64,000 nt of DNA, from contig NIVC01002129.1 in NCBI GenBank assembly GCA_002269645.1, positions 124,001 to 188,000 on the forward strand, written 5' to 3'. The notes under the pieces are model-generated. The model did not search any database. It was not told the DNA's origin and saw only the letters and a list, made by a program, of their open reading frames with translations. Shown in pieces: positions 23,629 to 36,004 of this stretch. Each line of letters begins with the position of its first letter. Position 1 is the stretch's first letter. Origin of the DNA: Macrostomum lignano (taxonomy: Eukaryota). Made by a program: the position numbers and the translations under genes.

Positions 23629-24337
23629 TGTCGGCCAGAAGGTTGCTGTTTCTTATACTTCTGTATGTCTTCATTGAAGCAGCCTTGAACAGTGTTTAAA
23701 ACCTATAAATAGGCAAAATCTGCTGATCACTGAAGCTGATAATAGAGAAAAAAGATATGTGATTCATGTGAAGCTGGCACTAGGGCTTTCGAAATTGTGA
23801 TCAGTGTCTCAAATTTCTGTTGTTTTCTACGACTATTTAGGTGCAGAGATTGACATCCGGCAGAAACAGGCCCGGTTCCCTTCGAACATCTCTCCTTTCT
23901 TCTCTCTCCTTTCTCTCATGTTTCCCCTATCTTCTGCCCAATCTATCTCCCCTTTTTCATCTATTCCCCATTTCGTCACCTCTATTAACACGGCCCTCTA
24001 GCGTTTCTTGTACTCTCTCTGTTGCCCTCGAGCCGTATAAGTTTGCCGACCCCTGATATAGGTCGATTCTATTAATACGTCAGTTTGTTAAAGAGAGGAA
24101 TGGGCCCAGTTGCATTTCTAGTTATTTTATGCGTTTTGTAGCTGGTAGCGGGTTAATTCTGCAATACGAGCTACACGTGTTTTCCATCTACCGGTATTGG
24201 TTAAAAAATGAAGAATCTTAACAATCTGAAGATTTATGCTCGTAATTACTATAAAGTCGCCATTTTTATTTTTTTAGTTTTTAGTGGTATAGTTGCTATT
24301 TCGCTTATTTTGATAAGCAAGGGTACATTTATATGCA

Positions 24338-25340
24338 CTTGGATTTCAATGCATTGCACTGTCTTCCGAGGCTGTCTTCGAGGAAGGCGATGTCTTCAGG
24401 GATTGTCTTCACAGTCTCTTAGCCGCACTTACCTTTTTCTCAGCTTTTTTGTCAACGAAATAAATGGTTGAGTTGAATTACAACACGTAATAAACTAAGT
24501 TGTTTTAGTTATTGGCCTTCAGTCGCCTTTTGTGTACACGGAAATGGAAATGAGTTGTTGGCATAAATTTTCCGGCTTCACCATTTTGTCTTCATTTTAA
24601 TAGACGCCATGAAAGCAAGTGACGAGTTCATAGAATTCTAAACCTTATAGTACTCTAAGTACTCAAAATGGGAAAAATGAATTCAGAATATCAAGTGTTT
24701 CTCCCCTCCCTAACTTCCCTAAGTATTCAAATGGTATATCCCTGTATAGTTCCTGCATACATCGACTCATTCGACTGTCTTGTTCATCCCATTAAAAATC
24801 ATCAAGCGAGTCGGTTAATGTTAAGTCATTTAGTGTGAGTTCGTGCTAGAGGCAGAAATTTCTGACTGTTAGCAACACGTGCAAGTAGGCCATTGCTTCC
24901 AGCTGATTCAGAATTTGAGTACCGAGTTTTTAGGAGAGGGAAATTATATTAACACCAGAGCGGATAGTGTTCTGGGCGGGTTTCCGGCCCTTTCCACGTC
25001 CGCCTGTTGCTGCAGCTTTCGCGGCTTTCCCTCTGACAGGGTCCACGTCCTTGTAGGGGTCGTGACGAACGGGAGCTTCTTTTCCTAGGCTTTTCCGCCC
25101 GGCAGAACCCCCGCTCGCCCGCTTACGCTTCTCCGGGGGCGGTGGACGGGTGGCGTCAGACACAAAGCTAAAGAGCTGAATTTGCATCAGCCCAACTGAG
25201 ATGATCGGGAAATTTCCGGATAGCGGAGCATCCAGCTATCCGACAGTCCAAGAATGGCCGTGAAACCGTCTCCGCCCGGCTTGGAGATGGTCTCGTGAAC
25301 TACATGTACGACCCATTTGCCGGTACATGTAGCTCCGGGT
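24338..25340 (-). other. GC-rich exon-like blocks of an unassigned gene inside the giant element
   Basis: Block ~25170-24950 encodes the basic peptide SDATRPPPPEKRKRASGGSAGRKSLGKEAPVRHDPYKDVDPVRGKAAKAAATGGRGKGRKP. Block ~24415-24338 encodes TIPEDIAFLEDSLGRQCNALKSKCI*. No complete model. Confidence 0.25.
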
Positions 25341-26379
25341 TGGCTTTTCCAAAACATGAAATAGGCATAGAATAAAATGGCGAGTGCTGGACCAGGCGAG
25401 GGGGCCTATGACCCGGTAATTTAACAGTATGGGTAGCAGTGCCTAGCTGAAAATGCTGGTAAACCTGTGATCCGCCGTCTTCTTATTTTTTTGATTCCGC
25501 CTTTTTATCTCTTTATTTTATAATCCAATATTTTTTCTGCGTTTTTACATCTGGCTTTTGCCTCGTTTTATACAAACATTGCAAATTTTTCTTTTACCCA
25601 AATAACCAATACTGCTTTTATTTACTATTATCCAAATGTTCCACCATAACCATACCAAATTACTATGAAAAGGAACCGCTGAGGCCTTTTTACATCTTTT
25701 ACACTCTTTTATTTTCCAATGCTCAAATTATTTCCATAAATCCCAAATCCAAAATGCACTGCCCCCCTAACCGTACAGGTCCAAATCTTTGTGAGGACCC
25801 CCACTATTTAGATTACTCCCCCTTTTTTATTCAGTGCAGTCATAGAAAATATTATTTTTTTTTAAAAATCCAAATGTAAATATTAGGCGATTTTCGAAAA
25901 CGTTTATTTATATATTTTATTTCGTGCACCAAATATTTGTCAATTAAACAATATATCGGCAGAGCCCACACAGGGCTGACCCGAGGGACAATACCCTGTC
26001 CCATTCGTTTAACACACACACAGCTCCGGGTTGGTAGCCACTAGCAGGCGACGCAGCTCGTCGACCTAGGTAATGCAGCTGCGAGCCGGAATCGAGGCGG
26101 TGCCGGTGTGTCCGGTGTCGCTCGTCCTCCCTGTAGACAAACAGGTTTTCCAGCTCCGTACCCCAGTCGAAGGTTTTCAGCATCTCGGGGAGCTGCTGTC
26201 CAGACTGGCTGTCGGGCTGGATATGGAGGGCTTGGGGCTTGGTCCTCGACTTTTGTCCTTTGGACTGGAATGGCGGTGCGTCACCCTGAAGGAAGCGCGG
26301 TGGCGAGAGAAGCAGCCATGCATGCCCGGAGAGGGCCCATGTACATGTAAATCTCTTAAGATCCCTGCGGTTGAGCCTA

Positions 26380-26830
26380 AAGGAAGCTAAGCTCTACGCA
26401 GGGGGGACAGCAGCACGGGATTTCCTGCAATTTCGAGCGTCGATCGTACGCTTGCCACCTGCGGAGATGCTCAGAGTCAGCCCAGTGCTTGACGCGGCCG
26501 AGTTAATCACCGAGGCGCAGGGGTGGGGGCCCCTGGGCCCAGAAGCCAGTCTTGCTGGGATGGAAACCATGACATCGTGGGCCGGGATCATTTGAGCTCC
26601 ACCTGGTTGTCCAGCGCAAGCCCATGGAGCCGGGCGTTGCAGTCCAGGACAGATCTGAAGTTGGTGGTGCTGCAGCAGACGGCCAGAAGGGCTGCTTGGC
26701 TGTCGGAGTGAAAAATAAATTTCTGACTGCAAGCTATAAGCAAGCTGCCTTCGATCATCTCTGCCACACAGGAGCTGATAGCAAGCACCTCGCTCTGAAA
26801 AACACTAGAATTGAGTCCCAGGTGTACCTG
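26380..26830 (-). pseudogene. Non-LTR retrotransposon RNase H remnant
   Basis: FIFHSDSQAALLAV...SVLDCNARLHGLALDNQVELK matches the recalled IFSDSQAALKAL..V..C...L..L...N.V.L.W motif of RNase H in I/R1/Loa-type LINEs; stops follow. Confidence 0.6.
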
Positions 26831-27131
26831 CTATTCAGTAGTTAATAATGCTTTGCAAGCTTAATATTTAACAACAAAACTTATCTCCACTTTTGGCACT
26901 TTTACTGATCGCAAGTGGATCCACACGCAGCCATGGAGTGGATTGAGCTGGACTAGTCGAGCAGCCCCGTGGACTGGACTTGAAAACGTAGTACACTGTT
27001 TTTTTCGCTGATTAGAAGAGGTGTGGAAATTCACCGAAATTTAAGCATCGATATCTCAGCAACTACTCAATATTTTGACAAGCGGTAAAGTACAGCTGGC
27101 TCAGAATTTCTTTACCTTTTATCGAGTAAAA

Positions 27132-29810
27132 CGGGGTGTGAACTTAAGCTCCAGAATGGAGCTCGAATGAGGCCAGCAGACCAAACTGACTGTATCGATA
27201 ACTTGTTGGCCTACAAACTACAGACTACAAACGCTGACACATCCCACCTGAGTCTATTCTACTGGGTCCTGGGAAGAAATGGGATAAATGGGGATTTCAT
27301 GTGAACTTAAGGCTCATTTCTCATTAAGTTTATGATGAGGACGCACTTTTTCCCAAATCCCGCGCTAGCACATGGGCTTAAAACATACTTGCTTACTAAC
27401 GGTAGGCTATGGGCATTTTTTATCCGTTTTCTGCAAATTAACTTAAAATCTATACTAGATATAATGTCTGGCCATACTAGTAGTCATAATAACATAGGCA
27501 TTGCTTTTTGGGTCATAAATCATCGCTTTCGAAGTTGGTCTGACAGCCACCTGCGCCTCACTCAGTGTTGAGACGGGCGCCTGATGGTCTGAGAGGATGC
27601 GGGCGGTAGCTTTTTTCTCATCATTTTGACAGGCCATCAAGATTTATGAGGTCAGAGCCTATTGTTCGTGTTCACTCAAGCGTGTGACAGCTTTGACAGC
27701 TATGCGTTTTACCCCTAAAAGTACTTTGGGATTAGCGATTAGCAATTTCTCTTCATTATCTTCACTTTCTATTTAATAAGAGCTTTCTAATGTATATTTT
27801 TTCATTAATTTCTGTCAATCCTACGCGAAAAGTCATAAATCATTTTGTTGCGATTTTGATTGATTTATGGCCGCACTGTCATCTTTTTACGACCCTGTGG
27901 GAACTGATAGGATCTCTTGGTCACGTGATTCTGGGTAGCAACAAGCTTAGCCAATCAGAAAATTCGGCGCTCATTTTAACAAAACGGCTCAAGCCAATCA
28001 GAATCGACGTGTTCCATTATAACAAACTGCGGTCCAGTTGGCCGCTATTTAAACCGGTGTTTTTGGCCCGCTCGGACCCCAGACGCTTGCTCTCGGCCAG
28101 GAACTCTTTCCCCGGCCTGACCGTCGTTTCTTGATCCCCGGATTGCGACTTCCCTCCTCATCATCAAGGACGAGTCTTTCAGTCACCAGCAGCGAACATC
28201 AAAGTTAAGATCATCACCTGCTAGCTATCTGCGAAGACTGTGACAACATCATCCCGAGTCTACAGCTGCGAAGCATCGAGCCGATTCGGTCACTGTGGAT
28301 TACCTGGTCTCCGGCTGTTGAGTTTCTGATTGGTTGGGTGAGAGGCTACCTAGACTTGCTTGATTGGGTGATTCCTTATCTGTCCCCTATTTTAGTAGCT
28401 GGATTAGGCGCACACTTTTGCTCATTTTGTTCAGTAGTGCTGTTACTGAGGCAGAAATCATTCAATAATACTGCTAGTAGTCTGAAACTCCTATTCGATC
28501 TGAAGTCTGAAGTGATCTAAGGAGAAGGTTAAATCTAACAGTTATTTTTATCGGTTTTATTTCTTTGCTCGCCGATGGCTCAGATGAGTAGCTAATCTAG
28601 TAGGCGCCGGTCACAGTGGACCAATGGCAAGGCAGTTCTCAGTCGATCCATCAATCAAACCAGTGAGCAAAACTGCCAGAAGTGCAGAATCGGCGCCAGA
28701 GATGTACTTTGTGCACTCTAGGTTAGCCAAGCGGCTCGGGTAATGAATCATGCGGTCTCTGAAGCTCGAGTTAGTCTATCATCAGCGCTATGAGAGGCTA
28801 GTTGGCGTGTTGAAGGCCAACATATCTTCGTATTTAGCAATTTAATAGTACATGTAGCTACCCCATAGACTCGCCACTGCAAGAATCCCCTGCACAAGTC
28901 CTCTCTGTACCTGCATGGCCAATGCGATCAAGTCCCAGCAGTGTCCCTTATCATCGGCTATGACTTCGAGATTGACAGCTAAAAGACACTAGTTGGCAGG
29001 TAAGTGCAAAGCCCCTTCTAGTCGGAAGCCCGATTTCGAGAGTCCCAGTGTGGTGAGCCAGGACACGTACGGGCTGGTGGCAGCGAGTTAGCTTAGTCTG
29101 CGGATTAGCTAATTTCTACCTTCAAAATTCTCCCTGCTTGTCTCTCACTGTCCCTCTCCTAGCTATAGGACCTAGACTGCTCGCCACACGATCAAGCTAC
29201 CATCGGGCTGACCATCTGACAGGAGTGGGGGGCCAGGACTCTAATTGATTTATTTCTGAGGCCTGAGGCCCGAAGGCTTCCTCACCAGGGGCCTGAAAGG
29301 TCGAAACCCATCATTTATCTCAAGGATGCGCAGTGTTATGCAGCCCTTAAGCCATGTTAAGGATAGTGATTATTTTGGAAACTAAGAAGCAAGTCAATGG
29401 CCCTCACATTTCAGTTTTTGGTTTAGGCTGTGACTTTTTTATGGTTTAATTGTCCAAGACCATAAGGTGCCATCATCGCCACTCAGGCTGGCGAATGGGG
29501 AAGCGGTTGCCCCCCCCCCCACCTTAGGAGGCGACCCGCAAAAAATTGTTCGGGAGGACCAATCGAATTTTTGCGAAAATCCTAGCCCGCCTTACGCCAC
29601 CCTCCGTCTGCTAATCCTAGCTAATGCATTCTGGAGCTTAAGTTCACATGAAATCCCATTTATCCCATTTCTTCCCCCAGGACCCAGTAGAATAGACTCA
29701 GGTGGGATGTGTCAGCGTTTGTAGTCATCTGGGCCGAGAGTTATCGATTCCAGTCGGTTTGTTCTGCTGGCCTAATTCGAGCTCTATTCTGGAGCTTAAG
29801 TTCACATCCC
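27132..29810. repeat. Pair of ~180-bp inverted repeats (27132-27313 and 29625-29810) 2.3 kb apart
   Basis: ggggtgtgaacttaagctccagaat...cgctgacacatcccacctgagtctattctactgggtcctggg..gaagaaatgggataaatgggatttcatgtgaacttaag occurs reverse-complemented at 29625-29810. Confidence 0.8.
27905..28060 (+). promoter_or_regulatory. Promoter-like cluster (E-box, two CCAAT boxes, TATA-like)
   Basis: tcacgtga (~27921), agccaatcag twice (~27949, ~27992), tatttaaa (~28047). No downstream ORF identified. Confidence 0.3.
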
Positions 29811-32674
29811 TTTTCATGCGCCAAATCAATCGTTTTGGGGTGCAGTATATACATGTATGGCTCGGAAAGAAAGAACTGGAGAAAGAACTTGAGTAGTGGA
29901 ACACTCGTATAAAGGAAACTCCAGTATTGGAACCTTGCAGACTCCAATACTAGCTCGTAGATTGATGGTCGATTTTAGCGTGCAGTTTGACTTGACTTAG
30001 CTTGACTTAGCTGCAGGGTGGTCCGTAGACACAGCGGGGAGGCGAGGGTCGCCCATTCCGCTAGTCCCTGAAGGCCCGCAGACAGGCAGAGGCGTGGGGC
30101 CGGTCAGGCTGGTCCGCCGGTCCGTCCTGCAGCGTGATCTTCCGTTGGGAAGAAACTGGCTCGTCTGATCTAGTCGCCCGAAGGAACTGGATGAGCCGTG
30201 AGATGCTGTCGGGCTGGCAGACCTCGTCGATGGATGGGTTCGGCCCGAGGTAGCGTAGCCGGTCTCTGTTAAAGAAAGGGCAGTGACAAACAAAGTGCTG
30301 AGCATCTTCATTGTCGCACTCGCAAAAAGGGTAGCGTGCAGTTTAGTGCGACACTGCTCAGCGGCTTGCGTAGTTTTGATTAGTTGCAAGTTGCAGGACA
30401 GCCGGTTTACTTGCAGAATCTTTACTGTCAGCAGGTTAAAATTGATAACGTCTAAATTTGACAAGTGCACCTAGGCCGGGGGGATACAAATTTTTGGCAT
30501 TTTGCAGAGTGGATTTCTCGCCTATGCGACCAACATTTTCTGATAGAAATTTCGACCCCCTGAGTCGATTGGCACCGGTCCCAGAGCGCCAGAAGGTCGT
30601 CCAGTAGAGTTATTTGCACTTTTCTGGTGCCAAAACCGAAACTTCAGCATTGGAGCATAAGAAAACTCCAGCATTGGAGCGAGACTGGAGCTGATATAAC
30701 TCCAGCATTGGAGCCAGCATTTTTTCCTTTGGTACTTACTGGCTCCATCGTCCCGATGCTCCTCATGCTGCTGACAACATGCGGATGGCGTGTGGCGAAG
30801 CTTGAAGTTATAGTCGTGAAGTTGAAGAGGCAACGCCTAGCTGCGTCCGCGTGCCCGGAACCCCTGCAGCTAAGTCAAGTAACCCTCTACCACTGTACAC
30901 AACTCTCAAATCTGCGCAATAAATACATGTGCATGTAGCTAGTGCATGTGCACTTGCCAAGCACAGAGAAGGCAAAACTTCTGCCCGATATTGTGCTTCT
31001 CAATTCAAATGCGCATTTAAGAAATTAATAACATGCAATCCGTGTTTTCCGTTCGTTATTTTCAGCAGTACAGCATTTTTGCCGATCCCCCTCATAATTT
31101 GTGCCCCTAATTACTCATGTTGGCTTCCCAAACTTGGACCGCCCCCTCCCAAAATGAAATTCTAGATCCGCCACTTATCATACATGATAAGACTGACTGA
31201 ATTTACTATTACTAATATACCTATACTGATTATAGATCATTTGTCTCAATCGGATGGAAACAACTTACATATGTAAATGTCCATGTATCAGGAAAGTCAT
31301 GGCTATTTAAAAAGTGGCAGGATGTCAGGCTACGGTAGCACGAGACTTTTCCACAGAGGCTTTTCCACCGAGATTTCCTCTCATTTTTAACCAACAGGTG
31401 CTGCAGGCTGCAGAGACAGAGGGTGAGGAGAAAGGGAGGTCAAGGGGGGCAGACAAACTATTGACTACTGTAAAGTAAAATCATATACTTTATACCTCTC
31501 GTCCTATGGCTCTACCTCCCACTATTCTTTGTGACCGTCGTGTGACCATATTTGTGTCATCAAAAGAGAATTCGATAAAACAGGAATGTTTCAGGACAGG
31601 ACAGAGTGAATTATCATAAAAAGCATAGGTAAAATCAGTGAAGTATGTTTTATTTTAGAGGCACATGTTTATAATATACAGTTAAGTATATACTCGTAAA
31701 ACTGTACGTTGAAAAAAGACAATGAAAAACGATTGTCAAAAAAACGCGCTGCATAGTTCTCTCAAAGTTTGCCTAGCAAAACTCGACAGGGAGGGGGGGG
31801 GCGGCAAAAAACTGGCATTATAGAGCGGGAGAGAGAGCGTCAGAATTTGTGATGAATTTATCCTACGCTGCTCTAGAGCGTTAGTTACGGGTTTCCGATA
31901 TACACGTAAGATATCTGTGTCCACAGTGGACCGAAAAACATGACAGTTTCATCAATCCAACAGGATATTGACAATACTAAATAATAGTATTACTACTGTA
32001 CTATTTAAAGGGAAGGAAAGTTGCCAAAAATTATCATAGAACTGTAACATTTCCCGAATTCACCCGTACTTAAAAGAAAAGGATTACTTTTAACCTCAGT
32101 TGCTATATTTTTCGATACATTTTAAATGCAAACTTACACAGGAAAGTACATATTGGATACCACACATAACGATATTTATTAAAAATAGCATTACGTACAG
32201 TACTGTAGTACTTGCAGCAGTAGTAAAAATTTAGCATTACCCGTACGAGTATTTTAAGGACATAACGAGACTGTTAAATCAAGAACGGTACAAAAGCATA
32301 ATTTCAAAGAATAAAGAGACCGTGCGTTAAAATGTTATATACAATCGTGCTTGATCCTACGTGAATTAGAGTTCCTACGCCTTGTACAACTCATACATAG
32401 CTAAAGTAGACGCAAAGAATCACTTCACGCAATAGCAGAGTGGATCGCGACAAAAAGTCCAAAGTAAGACAATCGGAAGACATTCTTAAGCACAGGTTTC
32501 GCATTGAAATCATTGTGAGTGTCCCGTATCCAAGATATGGCATATATGGTAACCACCTATCGAATTTTTTTATAGGCAACAACTTTTGTTTATAAAATTG
32601 AAAACTATTGAAAAAGCAATATATTCCTCGAAAACTAGATTGAAACACCTTGCTCAGTCGCTCTGGGTCCTAGA

Positions 32675-35600
32675 TCAGTCAGATTCATACTCGGATTCGC
32701 TCTCGGATTTGCTTTCGAATTCGCTCTCGAAATCGCTTTCCGGCGATGAAGATGGTGAACTCGATAGGTCGTTACCGGAACCACTGGACGCTGAAATAAA
32801 TCCAGGGTAGAAAGTTCATAAGTTTATTATTTATTCATTAAGTTTATTCTTAAGTCATAGATCATTTGCAAAAATTAAGTTTGTAAGTCTGAATTTCACA
32901 GTCTGAAAATGTGAACATGCTTTATGGGCTTTACCACGTGCTGTCTGCAGGCAGGAAATGCTGGTTGTAGTGGAATGAACTGCTTGACATTCTGAAGGGA
33001 AGGCTGCTAAGTGAGCTTCGAGTATCTGAAGAATGCCATTCTCTCTCATCGACAGTGCGGCAGCCAATGGACCATCTCGAGCTTCTACTTCCGTGCGCGC
33101 TTTGCGAGCCGCATCATTGAGAAATTGCAAAGTCCTCTCTGCTTCCGCAGCGACCAGACGCGACTCCTCCTGGATACGAAGGTACAGGTCTCGAAGCTTC
33201 ACAGCATGTACTTTTTGAGCTTGGTTTCTGATGCTCACAAGTTCCTCGAAGCCGAGTGATTCAGGCTTAATGAAGTGGCCTGGATTTAGTTGGTCAGTAG
33301 GATTCGCACTGTTAAAACTCGAGTAGATCGCTTTTGTTTTGGCAAGCAATTTGTTAAGAGAAACTCGAAGAAGCTTTTGCATGCGCTGTCCACGTTCTGT
33401 CCCCACATGCTCAATCAAATACCGGCGCTCGCAGGCAATTCCATAGAGCTTCTGAATGGCTTTAGATTTGGGCGAAGATGCTTTGGAATGAGCAGTTAGT
33501 ATAGCGAAAAGCTCCTGTCTCCAACCGGCTGCAGCGCAGAGAAAATCTTCCAGACTCACTAAAGAGGTCAGTTTGCAAGGTAAATCATTAATTCCTTAAA
33601 GGGTATCCAGACCCTCTATATTAACTACTCGCAGAGTAAACTCATTTAAATTTCTATTTTAAGTGCACCGTCAAAATCTTACTTAAAGAATTATTCTGGA
33701 GTCGAAAAGTCGAAAGCTCTTCTTGGAACTGCTGCATTGCTTTTCTCTCCACGGCTTTTCGGCCGATAAGCCAGGTAGCTAAAGTGAGATTTAAAATAAA
33801 GTGCATCAGTTAAGTTCTTATTCGTAGTTTTTTTTATCGCTTTTGTTGGGTTTCCACTATTTTGCGCAATTTCTACTGTATGTATAGCACTATGACTTAC
33901 TGATCTTTGTGATACACTGGAAGTTTATAGTATTCGCTAGATAGTTCAAAAATTCGCGACGGTTATCGTGGGCCATCTCTTACAACTGAGGGCCAAAACG
34001 CCGAAGCGTTGCCCAGACGAGCTCTACACTCTCACCATCTGTCAGGCCGACTGATTGAACAGAGCGTATACCATGTGAGAGTTGACAGCGTAGAACATGC
34101 CCATAGGAATGAAAAGCCGGAATGGCGAAAGATAGCCTTGAGTCGTTGAAGCGACCGGTTAGTTTACATCCGATGTCGTAGGATACGACGATTGGCACCA
34201 TTGGCGGAACATCCCGAAGCATTTGAGCAATCATTGTAGTGGAATAGTTTAGTCTAAAGATAAATTCAATTGCAAAAATCACGAAATGGTGCTGTAAGTT
34301 TTGAAATTTGGGAATATTTCCATATACTAAAAATGGTGTCGGTAGGTAGGTATGTGGGTAGGTATAGGTATGCTATCGATTTTAGATTGGTTCTAAAAAC
34401 AATTTACCGTTCACCAGTCGATGTCATATCGGCCAAATAAGTTATTGCAGAATGTCTGCAGGAACCAGAGAATGCACCAAAAACATCTAGCTTAGCGCTA
34501 TCTGAAGAAGTCGACAGACCTTGGCCTCTTCCACCTGCATTCCAGTTTGCACAGTGTCCTGTAGAGGGCGGACACTTCTCAGTGAGGTCGACGTCAAGAA
34601 AAAAGCCAGAATGAGCTGGTAGAGTGGCATTTCCAGCAGTTTTTCGATGGCGAAGACCAAAGCAGTCATCCATCAATAAAAAAACTGGCTCTTCACTAGC
34701 CGCATTCGTGTTGACCTGAATTTTGTGTAGAAGTCACGTTAATTTTTTATTACGCAGATTGCACAGGAAATAGAAAAGGAAGCATTTTGTAAAATACTCG
34801 TAAATTAAAAATAATGTTACCAAATAGCAAGCGGGGCATGATGCTTTCTCTTCCCACCGAAAGTTTTGAAGCACACGTCGAAATGATTTAAACGCGCCAG
34901 TCAAATTTAAGGCTCTAAAAATATCGAGCTTAAAAGTGGTACAGAAGTAAGAAATACACTGAAATACTCGTGTCGATAATAAGAAATTGTCAGTCAGGGG
35001 CAATGGTGCCTGAAAAACTTACTGATGGGGATTTGCGCATCCAAATTGACTCACGATAACGCTTAAAAGCCCAACAGAGAGATGATAAGGATGCAGTGCA
35101 GTTGCAATTAAGCGAGTCAAGTAGTAGTAGAAGGTCGACTGCAATAGCCGTCAGCATTTTAGAACATTCTGGTCTGGCTTGCAAAGGCCAAAATCCATGT
35201 ACCAGAAGTGCAGAATGGTACGTTGCACAGGAGCAAACTTCTAAATCTACTTGCATCTCACTTCCTAAATTGTGTTAAAAACATGGAAGCTTTTACCATC
35301 TAAATATACTAAATTAATATACTAAAAATGAAAGCAAAGATAGAGTTGTTTATAAGGCAAAATTTAATGTCCAAATAATTTTACCATCGTCTGTGATGAC
35401 AGTAACAGGAAATACGCCAGCTATTGTTGAATTGCAGCCACACATTCGAGCCAATCGCACATTCGGTTTGACAGCCTCAAAGAATTTGCCCTTGTATAAG
35501 GAGGTACATTTAAAAAGGTATAAAAATGTATGAACTTGAAATTTTAAGAATTATGCAAAATCATTCGTGAATGCCTTTACATTCCAATGGTGTACAATAT

Positions 35601-35947
35601 GAGGTGGCTTGTGTGCATGCTTTATTTCTAGACAGGCAAAACACACTGACAGCAGGTGGCACTTTGTACAGCGGAACATGCTGTCGGACGAGATACCCCA
35701 GACAACACATGGGTGCCGATTGAAGTAGGTAGCAAAATCCTTGAGAAGAGTACCAGACTCAAACAAGTCGCTCCAGGCAGCAGATTCGTCGTCGCAAAAC
35801 TGCTTGAAACGACTGGGTGGCTTTTTCGCGCGGCTACTTGGGGGCATCGTGCAATCGAATAGATTAGGATGGTCCGTGCCTTCAGGGATATCTTCCCAAT
35901 CTTCATCGTGGACATCCGTACGGTCATTATTATTATGGACTTCGTCA
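32675..35947 (-). pseudogene. Inner KDZ transposase: spliced CxC + KDZ gene with a nonsense codon
   Basis: Exons give ...FRCTKCHLLSVCFACLEIKHAHKPPHIVHHWN | GKFFEAVKPNVRLARMCGCNSTIAGVFPVTVITDD | SEMQVDLEVCSCATYHSALLVHGFWP... | LDIFRAL...SCPACYL | ...FLLMDDCFGLRHR...GSCRH...TGER | LNYS...VSYDIGCKL...IPAFHSYGHVLRCQ...GLTDGESVELVW... and then an acidic SESE tail ending TGA at 32675. D, CxH, GE, YDIxC, H..H..C and DGExxExxW are the recalled KDZ signatures. In-frame TAA at 33980-33982 (GPQL*EMAHDNRR versus GPQVKEMAQDNRR in the outer copy). Confidence 0.9.
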
Positions 35948-36004
35948 CTGAAAGATAATAATTTTTTCTCTAAAAATAGGAGCAAAACTGAAGTTCTAAA
36001 GAAG

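Larger units (their letters stand above)
20306..23640 (+). pseudogene. Decayed multi-exon accessory gene of the inner giant element, function unknown
   Basis: In-phase exons 20306-20360 (MSWKEHCRQNCTPGVSIT), 20600-20739 (HQIDSLRASYTNLGDAERIFLQNAAAQRKSCSKDFTERKLRKAAKKL) and 20876-21001 (IDSADTAGMHAVVLLHPKSGGETSVFESEDVMGFCEKRNIAS), all GT-AG. Later exon-like blocks (~21101-21251, ~22853-22970, ~23157-23640) have phase breaks or stops and a Tc1 insertion. Confidence 0.5.

Noticed and set aside
24930-25187. Superficial resemblance to a histone H3 N-terminal tail (GRKSLGKEAP, KAAKAAATGG)
   Set aside because: No histone-fold sequence follows; the similarity is explained by K/R/A/G composition.
29255-29310. 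Hammerhead-ribozyme-like hairpin ending in gaaac (ggcctgaaaggtcgaaac)
   Set aside because: The required CUGANGA core is not present before the stem, and stems I/III could not be formed.
32052-32069. tcccgaattcacccgtac as an alternative left end for the minus-strand KDZ unit
   Set aside because: Only ~8 nt resemble the terminus and the flank does not duplicate exactly; the 13825 end has >100 bp of matching TIR, an exact TSD and restores a host exon.
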